From NCBI GenBank assembly GCA_965213705.1, contig OZ243913.1, positions 4,064,001 to 4,128,000 on the forward strand: a stretch of DNA of 64,000 nt, read 5' to 3'. The translations under genes were made by a program, and so were the position numbers. Positions 10,961 to 21,274 of the stretch are shown in pieces; the first letter of the stretch is position 1, and each line of letters opens with the position of its first letter. The notes beneath the pieces are model-generated. The model worked only from the letters and a program-made list of their open reading frames with translations, had not been told where the DNA came from and did not search any database. Source of the DNA: Trueperaceae bacterium. GTDB lineage: Bacteria > Deinococcota > Deinococci > Deinococcales > Trueperaceae.

Positions 10961-11539
10961 TCAGCCTCGAGCGCTGCGCACGTCGCTCTTGAACTCGCCT
11001 ATGGCTTTGTGGGCACTGCGCACCCTGAAACTCAGAACCATCATCACGACCCCGAAGATGAAGGCGTACACGCCCACAAGCCAGAGGAGCGTGACTATGC
11101 CGGTACTCGGCCACACGAACAGCAGAATTCCGAAGAAAACGGACAGCGCGCCGCCCAAGCCCATGAACCACTCGCCGTCGATGTCGCGGCGCAACCTGAC
11201 GGCGGCGACGATTTGCAGAATGCCGGTAGCGACCGCCCACAAAGCGATGAGCCAGAGCACGCTCAACGCGGTGAGGCCGGGCCAGCTCATGACCACTATC
11301 CCGGCGACGATGCCCACCAAACCGCCCAAGAGGGACACCCACCAACCTTCGTATTTGCCAATGTTGAAGAGTGCGCCGACGGTGTTGAAGACGCCGTCTA
11401 CAAGGGCGTAAGCGCCGAAAAAGATGATGGTACTCGCCAGGGTGAGGGTGGGTAACGCAAACACCAGGATGCCGAAGAGAACGGCTATCCCGCCTCTCAG
11501 CAGCAGGGTCCACCAGTTACGTGTGATAGCTTCCAACAT
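10961..11539 (-). CDS. HdeD-family acid-resistance membrane protein
   Basis: 'NWWTLLLRGGIAVLFGIL...GAYALVDG...VRLRRDIDGEW'. Confidence 0.88.
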   Translation of the reverse strand: MLEAITRNWWTLLLRGGIAVLFGILVFALPTLTLASTIIFFGAYALVDGVFNTVGALFNIGKYEGWWVSLLGGLVGIVAGIVVMSWPGLTALSVLWLIALWAVATGILQIVAAVRLRRDIDGEWFMGLGGALSVFFGILLFVWPSTGIVTLLWLVGVYAFIFGVVMMVLSFRVRSAHKAIGEFKSDVRSARG

Positions 11540-11595
11540 GGTTTGCTCCTTTCAAAAGTAACGCTTTGACTCCCGCATCATGGCGCGCCATTGAC

Positions 11596-11688
11596 AAGAA
11601 AAGCTCAAGGTTGTGTAAAGATTTTGTAAAGACGAACTATTTTAGCTGCGCAACACTTAAAGCTCCAGAAGCATCTTGAGGAAATCTT
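11596..11688. promoter_or_regulatory. 11-bp-phased direct repeats (OmpR-family-type sites) in a divergent promoter
   Basis: AAG[AG] at 11596, 11607, 11618, 11629; TCTT at 11674, 11685. Confidence 0.65.
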
Positions 11689-11713
11689 TACATAAGCGGT
11701 GTAAGGTGAGCCT

Positions 11714-12364
11714 GTGGAAGCATTGAGTAAGATGTGGACCCTGCTCGGCGGCGCGTTGACTTTCGACGAACATGCGTTTGCCGCTGCGGTGACTGTGCCG
11801 GGCATCGCCCTCGTGACGGTGCTGCTGTCCGGGCTCGCCGAGGCAGCGGGCCAAAGCGTCGTCTTGTTCATCAACCGAGTCAAGCCCCGACGTTTCATCG
11901 TAAGCCTCGTCGTGAACGCCCTCTTGTTCACGTTCACCTTTCTTTTTTGGGCGCTTAGCATCTACCTTTTGGCACGTTTTGCTTTTGGGGTCACAACTCC
12001 TTATACGGCTGTCGCCAGGATTGTCGGCTTGGGATACGCACCCCGCCTGTTCGGGCTGCTGGCGTTCTTGCCTGTGGTCGGCGTGCCCATCGCCACGGGG
12101 CTTATCCTTTGGAGTCTGTTGGCTACCCTGTTCGGCGTCAGTGCCGTGTTGGGGTTGACGGGCTGGCAGTCGTTGGCCTGCGTCGCGCTGGGCGCGGTGT
12201 TGCTGCTGGTCGCGCAACGGACCGTCGGCAGCCCGCTGATGGCGCTGGCGCGGCGGGTGCGGCGTGGCGCGGCGGGTGTAGATTTGGTGACAAGTCCTGA
12301 AGACATCCGTGCGCTCGCCGAAGCGCCGCCGCAGTGGTTGAGCCAGCCGGAGGAAGGCGCGTGA
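11714..12364 (+). CDS. Yip1-like multi-pass membrane protein
   Basis: About 5 TM segments; 'GQSVVLFINRVKPRRF', 'GLGYAPRLFG'. Confidence 0.7.
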   Translation: MEALSKMWTLLGGALTFDEHAFAAAVTVPGIALVTVLLSGLAEAAGQSVVLFINRVKPRRFIVSLVVNALLFTFTFLFWALSIYLLARFAFGVTTPYTAVARIVGLGYAPRLFGLLAFLPVVGVPIATGLILWSLLATLFGVSAVLGLTGWQSLACVALGAVLLLVAQRTVGSPLMALARRVRRGAAGVDLVTSPEDIRALAEAPPQWLSQPEEGA

Positions 12365-13332
12365 TTGCCTTGCTCGTCGGTGTCGCCCTGGGCGGGCTGA
12401 TTATTGCCATGCTCCTTGCACCCGTCGAGGCGCTGGGTTGGTGGGCAGGCTGGTACGGGGCGGAGTTGGCGCAACCCCAACAGGGCGACTCGACAACCTA
12501 TACAGAAGCCGGCTCGAGCCGCGCCGCCGACCACTACGTCGTCTTTTTGGACGGCATCGCCAAAATCGGCTCGGAAAATTACGACGACGTGCAAGCTTTG
12601 CTGGACAAGTTGAGCGAGTGCCTGCCGAACGCTGTCGTCCTCGGCGACGTGATGCCTTACTCGGTGACGAACACGGGCTTGCTCGAGGACCGCCCACTGT
12701 CCCGTTTTTGGCGCCACGCCTACGCCATGAAACGGCAGGGCAAGCGCCCCGTTATCGCCTTCGCTATCAACCTGCGCAACGTGTTCCAGGTGCTCGTCGC
12801 GGCGGACGCCCGCTACGGCCCGCTCTACAGTCAAGGGGAAGCGCAGAGCATCGCGACGAGTTTGCTCGAGCACAACTATCAGCCGGGGAGCAGGGTGCCG
12901 GTCACCCTCATTGGCTACAGCGGCGGCGGGCAAATCGCGCTCGGCGTGACCCGCTTTCTCAAACGCGCCCTCGCCGCGCCCGTAACCGTCATTTCCCTCG
13001 GCGGGGTGATGTGCAGCGACGCCGGTTTGGCCGAGACGGAACACCTCTATCACCTGGTCGGCTCGAAGGACATCATCCCCAACTTAGGCCGTCTGTTTCC
13101 GGGCCGCTGGCCGTTGCTGGTCAATTCGCACTGGAACCGGATGCGGCGGCAGAACAAGTTGACCGTTATTCACATGGGGCCGATGGGCCACAACGGGCCG
13201 GGCAGTTACCTCGACGAACAGCGCCACCTGGAAAGCGGAGCAAGTTTTTTAGACCACACGGCCCGCACCCTCACCGCCCTCGTCAACCAGGTAACGTCCC
13301 AAGAAAGAGGTCGTCGTGCCAGCCCAACCTGA
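12361..13332 (+). CDS. Membrane-anchored alpha/beta-hydrolase-like protein
   Basis: N-terminal TM, GYSGG nucleophile elbow, late His; GTG start overlaps the upstream stop. Confidence 0.7.
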   Translation: MIALLVGVALGGLIIAMLLAPVEALGWWAGWYGAELAQPQQGDSTTYTEAGSSRAADHYVVFLDGIAKIGSENYDDVQALLDKLSECLPNAVVLGDVMPYSVTNTGLLEDRPLSRFWRHAYAMKRQGKRPVIAFAINLRNVFQVLVAADARYGPLYSQGEAQSIATSLLEHNYQPGSRVPVTLIGYSGGGQIALGVTRFLKRALAAPVTVISLGGVMCSDAGLAETEHLYHLVGSKDIIPNLGRLFPGRWPLLVNSHWNRMRRQNKLTVIHMGPMGHNGPGSYLDEQRHLESGASFLDHTARTLTALVNQVTSQERGRRASPT

Positions 13333-13741
13333 AGCCACTCGAGAAAACGTCGACCGCAAACTCCGCAGGCGCTTGCAGATGTACAGCGTCGTGTTTGTGA
13401 TCATGCTCGGCATCGCCGTTTATAATGTCGCGCGCGGTGACCTCAGCCTGTGGCTCGGCATCGGCGTCGGCCTCGTTATAAGCCGCATGTTCCGCCTGAG
13501 TTGGGATGAGGAGTCGAGCACGGTCATCTCGCGCATCGACTGGCTCGGCGGGGCGATTCTCGCGGCCTACGTCCTCTTCGCCCTATTTCGCAACCGGCTG
13601 TTCAGCCATTGGGTGAGCGGCCCGGCGCTGGCGGCTTTCACGCTCAGCCTCGTCGCCGGAACCATGTTGGGTCGCGTTTTTGGTACAGTGCGGGGTATTC
13701 GCAGGATTCTGCGGGCTTGGAGGCTCGGTCTGGCTCGGTAG
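13316..13741 (+). CDS. Hypothetical 4-TM membrane protein
   Basis: Four hydrophobic segments; operon position. Confidence 0.7.
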   Translation: MPAQPEATRENVDRKLRRRLQMYSVVFVIMLGIAVYNVARGDLSLWLGIGVGLVISRMFRLSWDEESSTVISRIDWLGGAILAAYVLFALFRNRLFSHWVSGPALAAFTLSLVAGTMLGRVFGTVRGIRRILRAWRLGLAR

Positions 13742-13824
13742 ATGAGTCGTTGTGCGTCGTTGTGGGCGCGCTTCAAACCTGTGGGGGCGGCATAGGCAGT
13801 ATCTCGCGGTAACAAGGAGTAGCT

Positions 13825-14430
13825 ATGAAAAAGTTTTTAGTCCCTTCCGCCCTCGCCCTGAGCTTCGCTTTGCTGTTCGCCGCCTGCGCCCCGGCCGTGC
13901 GCAACCAACTCGACCCGGCCAGCACCACCTACCGCTTGCGCGACAAGCTGTTCAACGCGAACGAAACCGTCATCATCCAGAACGACCAGGGCTTGAATGT
14001 TTACCAGGTCGAGCCGCCCGTCATCAGCCTCGGCGACTCCCTGATTGTCAACAATGTGCAGGGGCAGCGTTTGGGGCGCATCGACCGGCGCATTCTCTCG
14101 CTCAACCCGACCTACATCCTGAGCAAAAACGGTCAACGAGCCGCCGAAATCAGCCGCGACGTTTTGAACGCCGTTTTTCAGGGCGTCACCGGGACGAATA
14201 CCGGCGACAGCTACAACGTCGAGCTTGCGGACGGTTCGGCACCTTACGTGGTTCGGGGCGACATCTTCGACCTCAACTACAACGTCAGCCGCAACGGAAC
14301 CGTCGTCGCGGACATTTACAAACCGCCCTTTTCGCTCGACAACCGTTACTTCGTGGAGATTATTCCCGGCCAGGACACGGTGTTGATTTTGGAAATGGTC
14401 ATCGCCCTCAACGAGTTGACGCAGAACTGA
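13825..14430 (+). CDS. LURP-one/Tubby-like (scramblase-related) lipoprotein
   Basis: Lipobox FAAC; 'VRGDIFDLNYNV', 'DNRYFVEI...LILEMVIALN'; AAGGAG RBS. Confidence 0.75.
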   Translation: MKKFLVPSALALSFALLFAACAPAVRNQLDPASTTYRLRDKLFNANETVIIQNDQGLNVYQVEPPVISLGDSLIVNNVQGQRLGRIDRRILSLNPTYILSKNGQRAAEISRDVLNAVFQGVTGTNTGDSYNVELADGSAPYVVRGDIFDLNYNVSRNGTVVADIYKPPFSLDNRYFVEIIPGQDTVLILEMVIALNELTQN

Positions 14431-14471
14431 GCTGGCTGTTTTAAAAGGGTGAGAAGGTCAAGAACCCAACG

Positions 14472-15638
14472 ATGACTTCTTTCTCAGCTTTTTCCAAACG
14501 CTTTTTTCTCGTCGTTGCCACAGGGCTGCTGCTGGCCGCCCTGTGGTTTTTCCGCGACACGCTGCTGCTGGCTTTCCTCGCCATCGTCTTCGCGGTGGGC
14601 ATCAGCATCCCGGCGAGCGCGCTGGTCAAGCGGCGCTGGCCGAGAACGTTGGCAAATATCGTCTCGGTCCTGACGGTCGCCGTCGTCGCCCTTTTTCTAG
14701 TGCTGTGGCTGCTCCCTTCCATCGCCGTCGAACTCGGCGGTTTGCTGACGGGGTTGCCGCAAGGAATTCAAAACCTGACCGAGTCTTACAACGGGCTGCT
14801 CGAGCGCAACGCCGCCCTGGGCCGCATCTTGTCGCCCATAGAAACGAGCCCCGGCGACGTTCCCGAAGAAGAGGTGCAACAGTTTTTCGAAAACGTCGTC
14901 AACGCTGGCTTGCCTATCCTAATGAGCGGGGGCAACCTCGCTTTCAACTTTTTGACAAACTTTGTGTTGGTCTTGGTCATGACGCTGCTGCTGTTGGCCG
15001 ACCCGACGGCGTACGTTAAGGCGAGTCTTTACCTGGTGCCGAAAAACTACCAACCACGGCTGCTCGAGCTGTGGGGCGAACTCTATCACACGCTGCGCAC
15101 CTGGTTGTCGGCGCTGTTTATCTCGATTACCATCACCGTCACGCTGGTGCTGGTCATTTTAGGGCTGTTGGGAATGCCCAACGTGTTGGTGGTCGCGGTG
15201 TTCTCGGGCTTTGCGACGTTCGTGCCGAACATCGGCGCGATTTTGCCGCTCGTGCCCATCGCCATCTTCACCCTCGCCCACGACCCCGCCCAACTGCTCG
15301 TCATGGCCCCGGCTTACCTGGCGATTCAACTCGTCGAAAGCAACATCATCACGCCGTCCATCGTCAGGCAGCAACTGAGTATTCCCGCGGCGGGGATGCT
15401 GGCGTTTCAGATTGTCGCAGGGCTCGTCTTCGGGGTGTTGGGGGTGTTGTTGGCGGTGCCGCTGTTGGCCGTCGTCATCACGCTGGTGCGGGAGCTTTAC
15501 AGCTACGACGTGTTGGGGCTGCGGGGGGAAGGGCTCGAGGTGACGTTGAACCGGGAGAATAGGCTCGAGGTAGAGAAGGGATTTGATGTTAAACCTGTTA
15601 TGCCCAAAGAGAAACCTGCGGGCAAAATTGTGAAGTAG
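14472..15638 (+). CDS. AI-2E family transporter
   Basis: 'FVPNIG', 'QLVESNIITP', 'GVLGVLLAVPL'. Confidence 0.88.
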   Translation: MTSFSAFSKRFFLVVATGLLLAALWFFRDTLLLAFLAIVFAVGISIPASALVKRRWPRTLANIVSVLTVAVVALFLVLWLLPSIAVELGGLLTGLPQGIQNLTESYNGLLERNAALGRILSPIETSPGDVPEEEVQQFFENVVNAGLPILMSGGNLAFNFLTNFVLVLVMTLLLLADPTAYVKASLYLVPKNYQPRLLELWGELYHTLRTWLSALFISITITVTLVLVILGLLGMPNVLVVAVFSGFATFVPNIGAILPLVPIAIFTLAHDPAQLLVMAPAYLAIQLVESNIITPSIVRQQLSIPAAGMLAFQIVAGLVFGVLGVLLAVPLLAVVITLVRELYSYDVLGLRGEGLEVTLNRENRLEVEKGFDVKPVMPKEKPAGKIVK

Positions 15639-15732
15639 TGAAAAACCTAGACAAAACATTGTTTCCGATAAGTCTAATTTCGCAGCTTCTCGCCTGATGA
15701 TGCTGTTCTTATTTAGGTGACATAATGAATTT

Positions 15733-18700
15733 GTGAGTGAACATGATATAAGCTTTCTTAAGTCTAATATAGAACTTATTCGTAAACGTCTTTATGGTAA
15801 TCAAGCGGCCGCTATGATTGGATCTGGCTTTAGCCTCAACGCAAAACCGAAAACGGCTGATGCTCTCAGATTTCCTCTGTGGTCTGACCTTCTTACTCAG
15901 ATGTTTTATAGCCTTTATCCCACGTATTCCAGAGATGAAGGTAAACTGACTACGGCAGAGCTGAAATTTAAACAGCAGCAATTGAGTAACCCACTAGTGC
16001 TTGCTCAGCACTTCGAAGGAAACGACCGAAACAAACTTGATACTTTCATCGAAGAATCTATACCAGATGACAAACACACTCCAAGCATGTTGCATCAACA
16101 AATGCTAGGGCTGCCCTGGGTTGACGTCTTTACTACAAATTACGACACGTTACTTGAGAAAGCTAGTGATTCTGTAAGCCGCCCTTATAGCAAGGTTCTT
16201 ACGGAGAAAGCCATCCCCTCTTCTCCAGCGCCACGAATAGTAAAACTACATGGCACCTTGGGTCAAAGAAACTACGTCTTTACCGAAAGGGACTTTGCTA
16301 ACTACCCTCATGAACACCGAGCATTTGTAAATCAGGTACAAAATTCGATGATGTTTAACACCTTTTGCCTTTTTGGATTCTCTGGAGATGATCCAAACTT
16401 TAAAAGTTGGAATCAATGGGTTCTACGTGTTCTCGCAGACTACACTCCACAAATTTATCTTATTGGCCTACTAAAGATGACAGATTATGATAAAAGCTAC
16501 TGGCAAAACAATAAAGTCACACCTTTAGATTTGTCGTCTCTTCTTTTAACAGGGGAAAAACAGGATCATGGCTTGGCGATTGAGCGCTTCTTGAGACAAC
16601 TTCATAACGAACAAGACAAAATTATACTTAGTGGTCACTCTGAGGAACCAACCACAAAAATTTCTGAATTACTGCTTTCTTGGCCTGACACGACAAGCAT
16701 TACCCACTCAGAATTTTATTTACCGGACACAACCCGTAAAGGAAATGTGCAATTTGCTCACCTCAGAAGAGCAGCGGAGTTGTGGCGTGAGCAGCGTCTC
16801 AATTATCCTGGTTGGATCGTAACGCCAAGGTCTAACAGAGAAGCTTTGTGGGCCTGGACAGAGAGATGGGTTGATCCAACCTTCGAGACTGTCAAGAGTT
16901 TGAAGAAGTATGAAGCTCTGCTGGTTCTACGCGAGTTGTGCTGGCGTATTCGAAGGTCAATGTTCCCTTTTTTCATTAATCAAGTAGACATTATCAGCAA
17001 ACTGCTTGAAGCCGTAAATCCGTTTCCCGAAAATCTTGATCTTGCAAATTCAGAAGTCGTACGGGGTAAGCCTGAATATTCAACCTTGCCTTGGACTAGG
17101 CTTGAGGAAGCGTGGTTAGAGCTTGCTTTTGTAATTGTGCAGGAGGCAAGAGAGGACCTAGACCAATCTAGATTTGACATTTGGATGTCACGATTAGAAA
17201 AAGTTCTTTCCGCAAACAGCCATCTCTATAACCGCTGGTGTCATGAACGCTGCTTAATGTCACTTTACAAACTTAATCAGGAAGAGCTAAAACAAAGATT
17301 GTCCCAGTGGCAAAGTATGGAGGATGATCCAACCTGGCTTCTCAGAAAGTCTGCTTTTTTTGCAGAGCTTGGAGATTTTGATAAAGCGGAAGAGCTTGCC
17401 GAAAAAAGTATAGAAATAGTCAAAGCTATTGAGGAGAGTTCTAATCTCACATTTGTTTCGACAGAGAGTTGGGCGTTACACTCGCTAAACGGAATCAAGC
17501 AGGCCAAATCGTTTTTTGGCGATAATAGTTCGAAGTTGGATTTCAGGGCACGGCAAGAAGAACTTAAAGCTTTACGATGCAATCCAGAAGAAGAACTGGA
17601 ATTTTTAGAGACGCACTTGAATGCCTCGCTTCCAGAAGATAAACCCAGTCGAACGGTAAAGTACAATTTCGACCCAGACAGGATTACTACGACACGTCAT
17701 TTGGGAATTCAATCTTCAGTTCTGGATTCGCGTTCCGCCTTTGCACTGCTAACCCTCCCCGAACAAGCAGGTATTCCTATGAGAAGTGGTAACGTAAGCT
17801 TCTTACAAAATGCTGACACCGCAGTCCGCTGGATATGGCCTTTTGCCCCACTTTGGGCAATTAGTGCTTATGTTCGTAAAGCTCATGACAATAACAATCT
17901 TATTGATGACTGGCTTACTCGTATTGAGGTGTCGAATATAACTCAAGTTATCATTGATACCAGTTTTACTGCATTTACTCAGGCCTTAAAACAAGTAGTC
18001 GAATCTTTACCTCATGAATTTCCACGGAAACAAAGCTTTTCGGAAGAAACCATTATTCCATTAAGCGAAATCTTATCGAGGCTGACAATTCGCTTCTCAC
18101 CAGAACAACTTCAAGAACTTTTAAAAATTGGCTTGACCATGTACGAAAGTCCAGCTTTTCAGAAAGACTTTAGGCTTTATGATGTTGTAAACAAAGTTTT
18201 CAAGCGTGTGCTGTATGCGCTCCCTGGCCCAGAAACCTCGAGGCTTTTAGTGGATATTATTGGACTATCTTTACCAGGTGACGAAACTTCTTTGGTTGAT
18301 CCAACAATGGTAGAGAACTGGCCCGAACCCACAACTCACATTAGCTGGGGTTTAATAGATAAAAAATTCATCAAGTTCGATAGCCCTAAATGGGCTAGCA
18401 CCATTGGGAAACTCATTGTTGATGTCGAATATGGCGATTATTCCGTTAGATCACGTGCCGTAGAAAGATTGAGGAGACTCGCTGACAAAGATTTGCTTAC
18501 TGGGAAACAGAGAGAGTCATTTGGTAAAGCGCTTTGGTCAAGGACATTGCCTGAACTTGATTTACCTTCAGACACGAGGATTTATCCACATGGGTTTATG
18601 TACTTACCTGCTCCGAACGTGAAACAAGCAGAAAATAGCTTGCGGTCCTTCATTGAAAATAACCCTTTTCCGAACCTTTACTACTATGAAGAAAAACCAA

Positions 18701-19653
18701 TCGGTTCAGTTGTTACTTCACTTCAAAGAAAGGGTAAACCTACAATTCGTTACACCTACAGTTTTTCGACTCAAAGTTTACTTAAAGCTTGGAAGTACGC
18801 CTCAAAGAGTCCCATGAATGATCTTGAAAATGATCATCCCCTCCTTATCGATTGGACAACGTTTGAAGCTGAGGCAATGTTAAAGAAAATCAGTGTGTGG
18901 TGGTTTGCTGAAAAAGAAGCACTCTTGTACTCCAAGGATTTAGATTCTTTATCCAAAGTAGTAGAGCAAAGAATTGGTGATGTTAACTATATTGTTCGAA
19001 GAATTTTATTCCCACGCTTCAAAGCTAGTAGTGAAGAAACAAAGCGGGAAGCCATTAACTTATTAAAGGACATAGATGCATCTGGGTTTTCTATCTTGTC
19101 AGTCTTACCTTCGACTTTGTATCTGAACAACTCGGAAGCCGAGAGGCAAAAGGTGGCGGCGGCTTTGCACAAGGGTATACATAGTCAGAACGACGTTGAG
19201 GTGTTTGAGTCGATCCACGGCCTGGTAGACTGGTTAGCCCTCCAAGAACTTAGTGATCTGCCTAAAGTATCAGAAACTCTCTCTGAAGCTTTAGCCCTGA
19301 AGTTAATAGCCTGCAGGCAGCCAGCATTACAGTTCACTCTTGATGTTTTTGCTTGGATTATCAATGTTATTCCGCAGGCTCTCAGCGATGTCAACAGAGA
19401 GCGTGTCCTTATGGCTTTGCAATTTCTTCTCGAAGATACTTCCATACCCCGCGGCAGAATGGTGAGAGTCGAGGCGCATTCTGTTGAGGAGGTAACGCGA
19501 CTGCGTGCAGAAGCAGCCAAGCTGGCAGGAAAGCTCTATAGTTATTATCTAACACGCAGCATCAATGTACCCGAAGTCATACAAGATTGGAAAAACGTTG
19601 CTGAGAAAAACCCTTTACCAGAGATTAGAAAAGGGTTTTTGGGTTTGAACTAA
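15733..19653 (+). CDS. SIR2-domain anti-phage protein, Dsr1-like
   Basis: SIR2_2 motifs IGSGFS, TTNYD, KLHG, GFSGDDPNF; long helical/TPR body; 1306 aa; markedly AT-rich. Confidence 0.8.
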   Translation: MSEHDISFLKSNIELIRKRLYGNQAAAMIGSGFSLNAKPKTADALRFPLWSDLLTQMFYSLYPTYSRDEGKLTTAELKFKQQQLSNPLVLAQHFEGNDRNKLDTFIEESIPDDKHTPSMLHQQMLGLPWVDVFTTNYDTLLEKASDSVSRPYSKVLTEKAIPSSPAPRIVKLHGTLGQRNYVFTERDFANYPHEHRAFVNQVQNSMMFNTFCLFGFSGDDPNFKSWNQWVLRVLADYTPQIYLIGLLKMTDYDKSYWQNNKVTPLDLSSLLLTGEKQDHGLAIERFLRQLHNEQDKIILSGHSEEPTTKISELLLSWPDTTSITHSEFYLPDTTRKGNVQFAHLRRAAELWREQRLNYPGWIVTPRSNREALWAWTERWVDPTFETVKSLKKYEALLVLRELCWRIRRSMFPFFINQVDIISKLLEAVNPFPENLDLANSEVVRGKPEYSTLPWTRLEEAWLELAFVIVQEAREDLDQSRFDIWMSRLEKVLSANSHLYNRWCHERCLMSLYKLNQEELKQRLSQWQSMEDDPTWLLRKSAFFAELGDFDKAEELAEKSIEIVKAIEESSNLTFVSTESWALHSLNGIKQAKSFFGDNSSKLDFRARQEELKALRCNPEEELEFLETHLNASLPEDKPSRTVKYNFDPDRITTTRHLGIQSSVLDSRSAFALLTLPEQAGIPMRSGNVSFLQNADTAVRWIWPFAPLWAISAYVRKAHDNNNLIDDWLTRIEVSNITQVIIDTSFTAFTQALKQVVESLPHEFPRKQSFSEETIIPLSEILSRLTIRFSPEQLQELLKIGLTMYESPAFQKDFRLYDVVNKVFKRVLYALPGPETSRLLVDIIGLSLPGDETSLVDPTMVENWPEPTTHISWGLIDKKFIKFDSPKWASTIGKLIVDVEYGDYSVRSRAVERLRRLADKDLLTGKQRESFGKALWSRTLPELDLPSDTRIYPHGFMYLPAPNVKQAENSLRSFIENNPFPNLYYYEEKPIGSVVTSLQRKGKPTIRYTYSFSTQSLLKAWKYASKSPMNDLENDHPLLIDWTTFEAEAMLKKISVWWFAEKEALLYSKDLDSLSKVVEQRIGDVNYIVRRILFPRFKASSEETKREAINLLKDIDASGFSILSVLPSTLYLNNSEAERQKVAAALHKGIHSQNDVEVFESIHGLVDWLALQELSDLPKVSETLSEALALKLIACRQPALQFTLDVFAWIINVIPQALSDVNRERVLMALQFLLEDTSIPRGRMVRVEAHSVEEVTRLRAEAAKLAGKLYSYYLTRSINVPEVIQDWKNVAEKNPLPEIRKGFLGLN

Positions 19654-19754
19654 AGAATAATGTTGACTTTGCATGAAGATTTAAGATTTGCCTCAGCTCT
19701 CTTCACTGCCTGAGTGCTTGACGGACGCTCCTTTAGGAATGCCGCAAAAGAAAC

Positions 19755-20174
19755 TCAACGGTTGTCAGCCAGGATGGAATTTATAGTCAAGTCGCCGATT
19801 CTTGAAAAATGTTTCAAGTTCCCCGTCACCAGCTCGAGGCCGTGCTGCACAGCCGTGGCAGCGATTTGCAAGTCCGCATCTGCCAGGGGAGTACCTTGTT
19901 TTTCCAGCTCCGCGCTGACGCGACCGAAGATGACCGCGGTTGCCATGTCGTAAGGTAAAACGGTCAGCCGCGGCAAAACCTGCTCGGTGATGTTTTTGAG
20001 GTGCTTCTCAGCCGCGGCGGAACGGTAAGCGCCCTTGTAAAGTTCTCCGACGCTGACGCTGCTCGTATACTGCGCTTCTCTAGAAACGGTTTGCAACCAT
20101 CTCAGGTATGCCGGGGAGGGGCGCTTTTTCAAAACTTCCGAAACAGCGTCAGTGTCGAAAAGATAGGCGGTCAT
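19755..20174 (-). CDS. vapC: PIN-domain toxin
   Basis: 'YLFDTD', 'ELYKG', 'DLQIAATA', 'LVTGNLKHF'. Confidence 0.92.
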   Translation of the reverse strand: MTAYLFDTDAVSEVLKKRPSPAYLRWLQTVSREAQYTSSVSVGELYKGAYRSAAAEKHLKNITEQVLPRLTVLPYDMATAVIFGRVSAELEKQGTPLADADLQIAATAVQHGLELVTGNLKHFSRIGDLTINSILADNR

Positions 20175-20446
20175 TCCAAGCTGACGCCGGCGCGGCTCGT
20201 CCGCTGCTGCTTGTCAAGCTGCTCAACCAACGCCTCGCTGTCTTCCCAGCCCCCGGCCAAGCCCGCCAAGCCCGCTTCCGGGCCTGCGCAGCGCAGACGC
20301 TCGAGCTGAGCAAGCAGGTCGGTACTCACCAGCGCGGCGACAGGTTTCCCGCGCCTTGAAATAACGACGGTCTCGCCGTGCTCTGCCAGACGAATAAACT
20401 GGGAGAGGTCTTTTTTGGCTTCATGGACAGGGACGGCTTGGCTCAT
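20171..20446 (-). CDS. Phd/YefM antitoxin
   Basis: 'VHEAKKDLSQFI...GETVVISRRGKPVA'; ATGA overlap with vapC. Confidence 0.9.
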   Translation of the reverse strand: MSQAVPVHEAKKDLSQFIRLAEHGETVVISRRGKPVAALVSTDLLAQLERLRCAGPEAGLAGLAGGWEDSEALVEQLDKQQRTSRAGVSLE

Positions 20447-20590
20447 GCTTACTCCTAGATAACTATAATAACCATAATAACTTTTTTGCCGAGATGGTCT
20501 TGTTTGCCAAACATAAGCTCGAGCCTGTATCTCGATTCTTTCTAAAAGAACCCCACCGCATAAGCCGCGCTGGGGCTCTCTTCGCTCCGA

Positions 20591-20627
20591 CCTTGACTCA
20601 ACCTTGTCTCAATCTTTGAACAATCTT
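20591..20627 (+). promoter_or_regulatory. Four 11-bp-phased [CT]CTT repeats
   Basis: CCTT 20591, CCTT 20602, TCTT 20613, TCTT 20624. Confidence 0.65.
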
Positions 20628-20704
20628 TATAGTTTCTCCTTATGCTCCGCTGAGAAGGTTCCGAAAGCGAATAGTTGGAACCTCCAAATCAAAGGAGCCT
20701 AACC

Positions 20705-21187
20705 ATGAAAAAGATGTTGCTGACCTTCACCACCTTGCTCGCTTTCAGCTTCGGTACGACCTTTGCCCAAGATGTCGTTACACCTCTGGAGCGCCCGGCC
20801 GACGCGTACTGGGCGGGCCTTTCGACGGGCTTTCCCTTCGGCGTCACGCTGCACTTCGGCATCGACGACGTGTTTGCCAGTAACGCCGACGTGCGCTTTA
20901 TCGGCAGCATCTTCGGGGACTCGGTCGGGCTCGGGGTGGACGCGCTCTACGGCTTCGGGCTCGATGACGAGCAGACGCTCGACCTGTATGTGGGCGGCGG
21001 TCCGCTGCTCGAGGTCGGCAACCGCTTTGCCCTTGGCGTGAACGCGTTCGTGGGTCTCGAGTACCGCTTGAGTGCCATCGGCTTTGCGCCGGGCGGAATT
21101 TTTCTCGAGGCGGGGCCGTTCGTGGGGTTTGGCGACGAAACCTTCGTCGACTTCAACGCCCGCCTCGGTTTCAACTACCACTTTTAA
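20705..21187 (+). CDS. Small outer-membrane beta-barrel protein
   Basis: Signal peptide (…TTFA-Q), amphipathic strands, C-terminal 'GFNYHF' beta-signal, AAGGAG RBS. Confidence 0.8.
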   Translation: MKKMLLTFTTLLAFSFGTTFAQDVVTPLERPADAYWAGLSTGFPFGVTLHFGIDDVFASNADVRFIGSIFGDSVGLGVDALYGFGLDDEQTLDLYVGGGPLLEVGNRFALGVNAFVGLEYRLSAIGFAPGGIFLEAGPFVGFGDETFVDFNARLGFNYHF

Positions 21188-21208
21188 GGTTGCCTTGCCG
21201 ACACGCCC

Positions 21209-21240
21209 AGCTGCTCCGGCCCGTACCGGAGCAGCTTTTT
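21209..21240 (+). terminator. Intrinsic terminator
   Basis: AGCTGCTCCGG-CCCGTA-CCGGAGCAGCT followed by a T-run. Confidence 0.75.
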
Positions 21241-21274
21241 GATTCATAGTCACGCGACCTAAAGGAGCAAACCC

